30,366 nucleotides of DNA, from the NCBI GenBank assembly GCA_965368975.1, contig CBDUPA010000036.1:1-30366 (forward strand). Direction: 5' to 3'. Within the stretch, counting starts at the first letter, position 1, and the number at the start of each line of letters is the position of its first letter. A model generated the notes under the pieces. The model was not told the DNA's origin. It did no database searches and saw nothing but the letters and a program-made list of their open reading frames with translations. This document shows, in pieces, positions 1 through 7,100 of the stretch. The translations under genes and the position numbers were made by a program. The DNA is from an uncultured bacterium. Lineage in GTDB: Bacteria; Acidobacteriota; Thermoanaerobaculia; Multivoradales; JAHZIX01.

Positions 1-1
1 C

Positions 2-3000
2 GCGCAGGCCGCGGGTGCGCCGCGGCACGGCGAGCTGGCGGTACAGGAAGTTCCCGTGCAGATCATCGCGCCAACGCCGCCGGCCGGCTGGCGCTTCCCG
101 ATCCCGACGATCGACGTTGGCCGCCTGCGCGACGCCGACGCCGTGGCGCTCGGCCGGCAGCTGATCGCGCGCGCCGCGCGGCTGCCCTTCGACCTGGCCG
201 CCGCGTCGCCGCGCTGGGGTGCCCTGCTGCGCGTCTTCCTGGTGCGCTTTGCCGCCGACCACCAGCTGCTCGACCTGACCACGCACCACGTCACCTACGA
301 CATGTGGGCGCGCGAAGTGTTCATCCGCGAGATCGCCCAGCTCTACGACGCCTTCTGTGCATGTCGAGCGTCGCCACTGCCGGAGCTGCCCGTGCAGTAC
401 GCTGACTTCGCCGTCTGGCAGCGGCGCTGGATGCAGGGCGACGTGCTGCGCGCCCAGGTCGACTTCTGGCGCTCGCGTCTCGAGGGTCTGCCCGAAGTGC
501 TGGAGCTGCCCGCCGACCATGCGCGTCCGCCGCGCCAGAGCTTCCGTGGTGCGCGCATCTCCTTCGACGTGCCGGCCGCCACCGCCGAAGCACTGCGCCG
601 GCTCGGCAGCGAGCACGGCACGACCCCCTTCATGACCCTGCTCGCCGCCTTCCAGGTGCTGCTGGCACGGCTCAGCGGGCAGCAGCACCTGGTGGTCGGG
701 ACGCCCGTGGCGGCGCGCACGCGCCAGGAGATCGAGGGCTTGATCGGCTTCTTCGCCAACATGCTGGCCTTGGGCGCCGAGCTGCCGCCGCGACGCTCGT
801 TCACGGCGCAGCTCGAAGCCACCCGTGACGCGACGCTGGATGTCTTCGCGCACCAAGATCTGCCCTTCGAGTTCCTGGTCGAGGCCCTGCGACCTCGGCG
901 CGACCTGAGCCGCCATCCGATCTTCCAGGTGCTGTTCAACTACCTGCCGGACTACGGCACCGCGCGCATCGAGCTGGACGACCTGACGCTGACCTTCGAG
1001 GAAGTGCACAACGCCGGCGCGCCCTACGACCTCTTCTGCAGCATCTGGCCGGTCGAGGGCGGTGGTCTGCGTGGCTCGCTCGACTACAGCCAGGATCTCT
1101 TCGACCGCACCACCGTCCTGCGTCTGAGCGCGGCTTACCGGACGTTGCTGGCCGGCGTGGCGGTGGCGCCCGAGACATCGCTGGCGGCTCTGCCGCTACT
1201 GACGGCTGGGGAGCGGCAGCAGGTGATCGTGGAGTGGGGGGAAGCCCCGGCACCCCTGGCCCCGATTCCAAGCCTACTGGCGGCCGTGTGCGCGACGGCA
1301 CAGCGGCGGCCGGAGGGGACGGCGGTGGTGGCGGGACGGGTACACCTGAGTTACCGCGAGCTCGTGGCGCGTGCGCTGAGGCTGGCGGCGGCACTCCGAG
1401 GGACGTCGCGTGGCGAGGCTGGAACGAGTCGCGAGGAGGCGCCGGTGGCGCTGTATCTCGACCGGGGTCCGGAGCTGGTGGTGGCGCTGCTCGGGGTGCT
1501 GGCGTCGGGGCGGCCGTACCTGCCGCTCGACCCGGCCTATCCCGCGGCGCGCGTCGCCTTCGTACTGGAGGATGCAGCTCCGGAAGCGAGCGCCGTCGAC
1601 GTGCTCAGCCGGCGCACGGACGCTGCGTGGGTCGAAGAACTGGCGGCGGAGGTGGACGGATTGGGCGAGCGGGTGCTGTGGATCGAGGATCTACTGTCCG
1701 AGGCCCAGCTGCCCGAGGCCCAGTTACCCGAGGCCCAGCCGCCCGAGGCCCAGCTAGAAGCCCAGCAGGAAGTGGAGCCGGCACCGGACGCTGAGCGCTT
1801 GGCCTACCTGATCTACACCTCCGGCTCGACCGGCAAGCCCAAGGGCGTCGGTGTGCCGCACGGTGCGGCGGGGCATTTCCTGGCGGCGATCCAGCAACGC
1901 TTGCAGCTGTGCGAGGACGACGCGCTACTGGCGGTGACCACGGTCGCCTTCGACATCCACGTGCTCGAAATCTTCCTGCTCCTGGCCACCGGCGGCCGGC
2001 TGCTGCTCGCCGATCGCGCCACCGCCGCCGACGGGAGCCGCCTGGCGCGGCATCTGCGCACGCGCGGCGCGACCGCGATGCAGGCGACGCCGGCCGGCTG
2101 GCGCTTGTTGTTGGAGGCGGGGGAGTGGACGGACGCGGCTCGCATGACCCTGCTGTGCGGCGGTGAGGCACTGCCAGCCGACCTGGCGGCGGCGCTGCTG
2201 CCCCGCGGACGGGCACTGTGGAACCTCTACGGTCCCACCGAGGCGACCGTCTGGACCGCGGCCCGGCGCGTGACGGTGGGGGAGAGCCCGGTGCGCGTCG
2301 GCGGTCCGCTGGCCGGTACCCGCCTGCACCTGCTCGATCGTCGTCAGCAGCCGGTGCCGCTGGGGGTGGCGGGCGAAGTTTTCTTGGGCGGGCAAGCGCT
2401 GGCGCGTGGCTACCACGGTCGCCCGGCGCTGACCGCCGAGGCCTTCGTACCGGACGGTGTCTCGAACCCATCGAGCACGCACGGTGCCGGTGGTGGTCGC
2501 CTCTACCGGGTCGGCGACCTCGCGCGCTGGCGGCCGATGGGTGAGCTGGAATTCCTCGGCCGCGTCGATCAGCAGGTCAAGGTGCGGGGTTTCCGCATCG
2601 AGCTGGGCGAGATCGAGACGGCGCTAGCCGAGTTGCCCGAAGTGGCGCAGGCGGCGGTGAGCGTGGACCTCTCCTCCGGTGCCGCTGGCGAAGCACGCCT
2701 GGTCGCCTACCTGGTGTCCTCCATCGACGCCCTGCCGAGCACCGGCGCCCTGCGCGACGCCCTGCGCCGGCGCCTGCCGGACTACATGCTACCGTCGGTC
2801 TTCGTCGCCCTGGACAGCCTGCCGCTGACCGCCAACGGCAAGGTCGACCGCCGCGCCCTGCCAGCCCCGGACGCCGGTGCTCGCCTGGGTAGCGGCGCCG
2901 ATTACGTGCCACCGGCCAGCGAGACCGAGACGGCGCTGGCCGAGCTGTGGCAGCAGCTGCTGGGCGTCGACCGCGTCGGCCTGGGCGACGACTTCTTCCA

Positions 3001-3232
3001 CCTCGGCGGCCACAGCCTGCTCGGCACGCGCCTGATCTCGCTGCTGCGCCAGCGCTTCGACGTAGAGTTGCCGCTGGTGGTGCTGTTCGAGAGCCCGACC
3101 CTGGGCGCCATGGCCGAGGCGGTCGAGGTGGCGCTGTGGGCGCGCGAGGGCCGGCAGGCAGGGGCGCCGCAGGAAGGGGCGCCGCAGGAGAGCTTCGCCG
3201 AAGAGGACGACATGGAAGAAGGAGTGCTATGA
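2..3232 (+). CDS. NRPS (5'-truncated; here NRPS1), terminal module C-A(Gly)-T with C-terminal acidic docking tail
   Basis: Frame +2 is open from base 2, so the true start lies upstream of the window. C core HHVTYDM (284-304); A motifs YTSGSTGKPKG, NLYGPTE, YRVGDLARW, NGKVDR; T motif FFHLGGHSL (Ser codon 3014). The code read by eye, DILQLGLVWK, closely matches the Gly consensus DILQLGLIWK. The protein ends EEDDMEEGVL. Confidence 0.95.
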   Translation, partial: AQAAGAPRHGELAVQEVPVQIIAPTPPAGWRFPIPTIDVGRLRDADAVALGRQLIARAARLPFDLAAASPRWGALLRVFLVRFAADHQLLDLTTHHVTYDMWAREVFIREIAQLYDAFCACRASPLPELPVQYADFAVWQRRWMQGDVLRAQVDFWRSRLEGLPEVLELPADHARPPRQSFRGARISFDVPAATAEALRRLGSEHGTTPFMTLLAAFQVLLARLSGQQHLVVGTPVAARTRQEIEGLIGFFANMLALGAELPPRRSFTAQLEATRDATLDVFAHQDLPFEFLVEALRPRRDLSRHPIFQVLFNYLPDYGTARIELDDLTLTFEEVHNAGAPYDLFCSIWPVEGGGLRGSLDYSQDLFDRTTVLRLSAAYRTLLAGVAVAPETSLAALPLLTAGERQQVIVEWGEAPAPLAPIPSLLAAVCATAQRRPEGTAVVAGRVHLSYRELVARALRLAAALRGTSRGEAGTSREEAPVALYLDRGPELVVALLGVLASGRPYLPLDPAYPAARVAFVLEDAAPEASAVDVLSRRTDAAWVEELAAEVDGLGERVLWIEDLLSEAQLPEAQLPEAQPPEAQLEAQQEVEPAPDAERLAYLIYTSGSTGKPKGVGVPHGAAGHFLAAIQQRLQLCEDDALLAVTTVAFDIHVLEIFLLLATGGRLLLADRATAADGSRLARHLRTRGATAMQATPAGWRLLLEAGEWTDAARMTLLCGGEALPADLAAALLPRGRALWNLYGPTEATVWTAARRVTVGESPVRVGGPLAGTRLHLLDRRQQPVPLGVAGEVFLGGQALARGYHGRPALTAEAFVPDGVSNPSSTHGAGGGRLYRVGDLARWRPMGELEFLGRVDQQVKVRGFRIELGEIETALAELPEVAQAAVSVDLSSGAAGEARLVAYLVSSIDALPSTGALRDALRRRLPDYMLPSVFVALDSLPLTANGKVDRRALPAPDAGARLGSGADYVPPASETETALAELWQQLLGVDRVGLGDDFFHLGGHSLLGTRLISLLRQRFDVELPLVVLFESPTLGAMAEAVEVALWAREGRQAGAPQEGAPQESFAEEDDMEEGVL
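1698..1756 (+). repeat. 15-bp in-frame tandem repeat x4 (EAQLP)
   Basis: ccgaggcccagctgc / ccgaggcccagttac / ccgaggcccagccgc / ccgaggcccagcta. Confidence 0.9.
3160..3189 (+). repeat. 15-bp in-frame tandem repeat x2 (GAPQE)
   Basis: aggggcgccgcagga occurs twice. Confidence 0.85.
3221..3224 (+). promoter_or_regulatory. Shine-Dalgarno (GGAG) for the methyltransferase; ATGA stop/start overlap
   Basis: gaaGGAGtgctATGA: ATG at 3229 overlaps TGA at 3230-3232. Confidence 0.6.
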
Positions 3233-4110
3233 GTTCGAAGCTGCAACACGCCCTGGGCGGACGCAAGAACGGCGACATCGTCGAGCTACCGGACGGCCTG
3301 CGCATGATGTGCCAGAGCCGCATGGAGTTCCGCCACTTCTACGACGACATCTTCGTCAAGCACGTCTACGCCAGCCATGGCATCCACGTCGAACCGGGCG
3401 GCGTGGTGCTCGATGTCGGCGGCAACGTCGGCACCTTCTCGGTCTTTGCCCAGGAGCACTGGGGACCGGTGCGCGGTTTCGCCTTCGAGCCGGCACCGCC
3501 GTTGTTCCGCCTGCTGCGCCAGAACGTGGCCCGCTACCAGGGGCGCGTGCAGTGCTTCAACATGGGTGTCTCGGATCGCCCCGGCACGGCGCGCCTGACC
3601 TTCTACCCGCAGAGCTCGGGCATGTCGTCCTTCCACCCCGACCACGAAGAAGAACGCCGCAACCTGGAGGCCGTGCTGGTCAACGAGGCGCGCCACGGCG
3701 TCGAGGGTGTCAGTGAGCTGATGGAGCACCTGGACGACTACCTGGAAGCACGCCTGCGCGAGGTGCACTTCGACTGCCCGCTGACCACCGTCTCGACGGT
3801 GCTCGACGAGCACGGCCTGGATACCGTCGACCTGCTCAAGATCGACGTCCAGAAAAGTGAGTGGCAGATCCTGCAGGGCATCGAAGATCGTCATTGGTCG
3901 GCGATCCGCCAGCTGGTGGCCGAGGTGCACGACCACCCGCCGGAGGACGACGATCCGGACCGTCGAGGCATGGTCGAACGGACCCTCGACTTCCTGCGCA
4001 CTCAGGGCTACGACGTGCACGCCGAGCAGGACGACCTCTACGAGGGTTCGGACATCTTCAATCTCTATGCCCGCCGATCTGGCCGCCAACCGTCCGAGGA
4101 GGCGCGATGA
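3229..4110 (+). CDS. FkbM-family SAM-dependent methyltransferase, stand-alone (293 aa)
   Basis: Motifs VVLDVGGNVGTFS, FAFEPAP and VDLLKIDVQKSEWQIL.GI...W..IRQLVAEVH are typical of the FkbM family. The start is moved from 2947 to ATG 3229 because of the RBS and ATGA coupling. Confidence 0.9.
   Translation: MSSKLQHALGGRKNGDIVELPDGLRMMCQSRMEFRHFYDDIFVKHVYASHGIHVEPGGVVLDVGGNVGTFSVFAQEHWGPVRGFAFEPAPPLFRLLRQNVARYQGRVQCFNMGVSDRPGTARLTFYPQSSGMSSFHPDHEEERRNLEAVLVNEARHGVEGVSELMEHLDDYLEARLREVHFDCPLTTVSTVLDEHGLDTVDLLKIDVQKSEWQILQGIEDRHWSAIRQLVAEVHDHPPEDDDPDRRGMVERTLDFLRTQGYDVHAEQDDLYEGSDIFNLYARRSGRQPSEEAR
4096..4102 (+). promoter_or_regulatory. Shine-Dalgarno (GAGGAGG) for the kinase-NRPS; ATGA overlap
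   Basis: GAGGAGGcgcgATGA: ATG at 4107 overlaps the methyltransferase stop at 4108-4110. Confidence 0.75.
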
Positions 4111-7100
4111 GCGACCGTGACCTGCAGCTGCGGCAGTTGGAAGAGCTGGCCCGCCGTGCCCTGAGAGCTTTTGGCTTGGAGGGCGGCCCGGCAGCGCCCG
4201 AGCTGACCCTGCTCGAACACAAAGCCAACACCACCTACCGCGTGCGCGTGGCGCGTGCGGACGGGGACCGCGACTACCTGCTGCGTCTGGGAGCGCCCGG
4301 CCGCTATCCGCCCGAGGTCGTGGCTTCCGAGCTGCGCTGGCTCGATGCCTGCCGGCGAGCCGGGCTGCCGGTACAAGAACCCGTCCAGAGACCGGTGCGC
4401 CCCGATGTCGACGCAATGGCGGCTGAAGCTTGGGTCTACGTCGAGGACGAGCGCTGCTGCACCTTGACGCACTGGCTGCCCGGTCGGCCTCTGACTGCAG
4501 GCGCCGCCCTGGAGACCGTCGCCACGGTCGAGCAGACCGCCGAGCAGACCGCCGAGCAGACCGGTGAGCTACTGGCGCGCCTGCACCGGGTGGCCGAGGG
4601 CTTCACGCCGCCGCCCGGCTTCGTGCGTCCCAAGTGGACGCTGGAGCGCCTGCTCGGTCCGGGGGCCGCCGAGGGCAACGTCGTGCCCGTCACCGTGCTG
4701 GCGGCCGGGGCGGTCGACTTGCTGCCGCCTTCGGCCCAAGCGTTGCTGGCGCGGGCGGCGTCCGAGGTGCGCGCGGCGGTCGCCGACCTGGAGGGACAGA
4801 AGACCAGCGGCGCGGCCGTCTGGGGGCTGATCCACACCGACTTCGAGCCGGATAATTTGATTGTCCGGAGCGGACAGATTGTCCGGAGCGGGCATATTGT
4901 CCGGAGCGAGCGGAAGGCTGAGACTGGAGAGCTGGCGGCGATCGATTTCGAGCACTGCGGCTTCGGCTACTACCTCTACGACCTGGGCGGCGCCCTGCTG
5001 GCGCTGGCCGACAGGCCCGACTTCCCGGCCCTGCGCCGCGCGCTGCTCGACGGCTACCAGCGTCAACGCCCGCTGCCGCCCGCCCAGGCTCGCCACCTCG
5101 ACGCCTTCCTGCTGCTGCGCGCGCTCTACGCGCTGCGCCTGCTGCTGATCGACAGCTGGCACCTGCCCGGCACCCAAGACGATGCGCCGCGTGTCGTGCC
5201 CTACCTGCTGGGGGGCATCCGGCGCACGCTGCAGGCGATCGAGGCCAGCGGTAGTGATGACAGCCTTGTTGCCCCCGCCGGTGCGGCTGGTGAGACTCTC
5301 GCGGACGACCTGGCAGCGCTGTCGACCGTCCAGTTTCTCGGCCGCTTGCGCCGTGCCGGCGTGCAGCTGCGCGCCGAGGGCGAACAGCTGCGCTTCTCGG
5401 CGCCCAAGGGAGCGCTGACCCCCGCGCTGCGCGAGCAACTGGTGGCTCGCAAGCCGGAGGTCTTGACCTTCCTGCAGCAAGCGGCCGGTAGCGACGACCG
5501 CTTGCCGCCGATCGAGCCGCGAACCTGGGCTGTCGACGGCGCTGTAGACGGCGCGGAACCACCGCTGTCCTACGCCCAGCAGCGCATGTGGTTCCTCGAC
5601 CGCCTGGACCCCGGCAGCGCCGCCTACAACACGCCGATGGCGCTGCGCGTCGAGGGCGAGGTGAGGCTGGCCGCCCTGCTCGCCACCCTGGACGAGATCG
5701 TGCGCCGCCACGCCGTGCTGCGCGCCACCTTCCACACCGTCGCCGGCCCCGAGGGCGACCGGCCACAGCAGCGCATCGCGCATCGCCTGCGCCTGCCCTT
5801 GCGCCTGGTCGACCTGCGCGCGCTCGACGTCGAGGCGCGGACGGCCACCGCTGCCGCCCTGCGTGCCGCCGACGCGTCCCGTCCCTTCGACCTGGCCGGC
5901 GGGCCGCTGATCCGGGTCACCGTGCTGCGGCTGGGCGCCGCCGAGCACGACCTGCTGCTCAACCTGCACCACATCGTCTCGGATGCCTGGTCCGGCACCA
6001 TCCTGCTGCGCGAGGTCAGCACGTTGTATGGCGGCGCGACGCTGCCCGAACTGGAGATTCAGTATCCCGACTACGCCGCCTGGCAACGGCGCTTGGTGGA
6101 GGAGCGCGGCGGGCTGGAGGTCGAGATCGACTGGTGGCGGCAGCAGCTGGCGGACTTGCCGCCGGTGCTCGACCTGCCCCTGGATCGACCACGACCATCC
6201 GTGGCCGATAGCGCTGGCCAGCGTCTGGATGTCGCCTTCGACGCGGAGCTGAGCGACAGCCTGCGGCAGCTGGCGCGCGACCACGGTTCTACCCTCTTCA
6301 TGGCGCTGCTCAGCGCCTGGAGTGGGCTGCTCGGACGCTGGAGCGGTCAGGCCGACTTCGCCATCGGTTCGCCGGTGGCAGGCCGCGAGCGGCGCGAGCT
6401 GGAGGAACTGGTCGGTTTCTTCGTCAACACCCTGGTGCTGCGCTGCCGCCTGGCGCCGCGGGAGGTGTCGACGCCCTCCTTTCTAGACCTACTAGCGCGC
6501 GCCCGCAGCACCGCCCTCGACGCCTTCAGCCACCAGGCGGTGCCCTTCGAGCGCCTGGTCGAGGCGTTGCAGCCGAGCCGTCAGCTCGACGTCTCCCCGC
6601 TGTTCCAGGTCTTCCTGGTGCTGCAGAACGTGCCCGCCGGCAGCGTGCGCATTCCGGGCGTGGTGCTGCGGCGGCTGCCGCAGGTGGAGTCCAGCTCGCC
6701 GTTCGACCTGAGCCTCAACCTGGAGGAGCGCGAAGACGCGGCGGGCAAGCTGGTGCTCGCCGGCTCGGTGCGCTACCGCCGGGCGCTGTTCGACGTGACC
6801 ACGATCCGACGCTTGCTCGGCCAGCTCGAGACGCTGCTGCGCGCCGTGGTGGCCGACCCGGAGGCACCGCTGGCACGTCTGCCGCTGCTCACCGCCGCCG
6901 AGTGCCAGCAGCTGCTGGAGGTGTCGGTGGGCGCACCGAGCCGAGGTACCGCCGCGGCCAGCCTGGTGGCGCAGATCGCCGCCCAGGCGGTCGCGCGACC
7001 GGACGCGCCGGCGGTCACTGGGGCCCTCACTGGTGCCGACACTGGGGCCGACGGTGAGACCTGGAGCTACCGCCGCCTGGCAGCCCACGCCGCCGCGCTG

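Larger units (their letters stand above)
4107..5240 (+). other. Phosphotransferase domain (APH / type II homoserine kinase / choline kinase fold)
   Basis: N-lobe NTTYRV...YLLR, ELRWL, GELLARLH, then HxDxxxxN (HTDFEPDN), DFE and YLYDLG, in the order expected for this family. Confidence 0.85.

Noticed and set aside
2947-3228. N-terminal extension of the methyltransferase ORF in the track
   Set aside because: It overlaps the NRPS1 T domain in another frame and is Arg/Gly-rich nonsense. ATG 3229 has an RBS and ATGA coupling.
3861-4106. N-terminal extension of the kinase-NRPS ORF
   Set aside because: It overlaps the methyltransferase gene. ATG 4107 has a strong GAGGAGG RBS.
4107-5240. Aminoglycoside resistance gene (aph) or housekeeping thrB
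   Set aside because: Only fold-level motifs are shared and the domain is fused to an NRPS, so no specific gene symbol is supportable.
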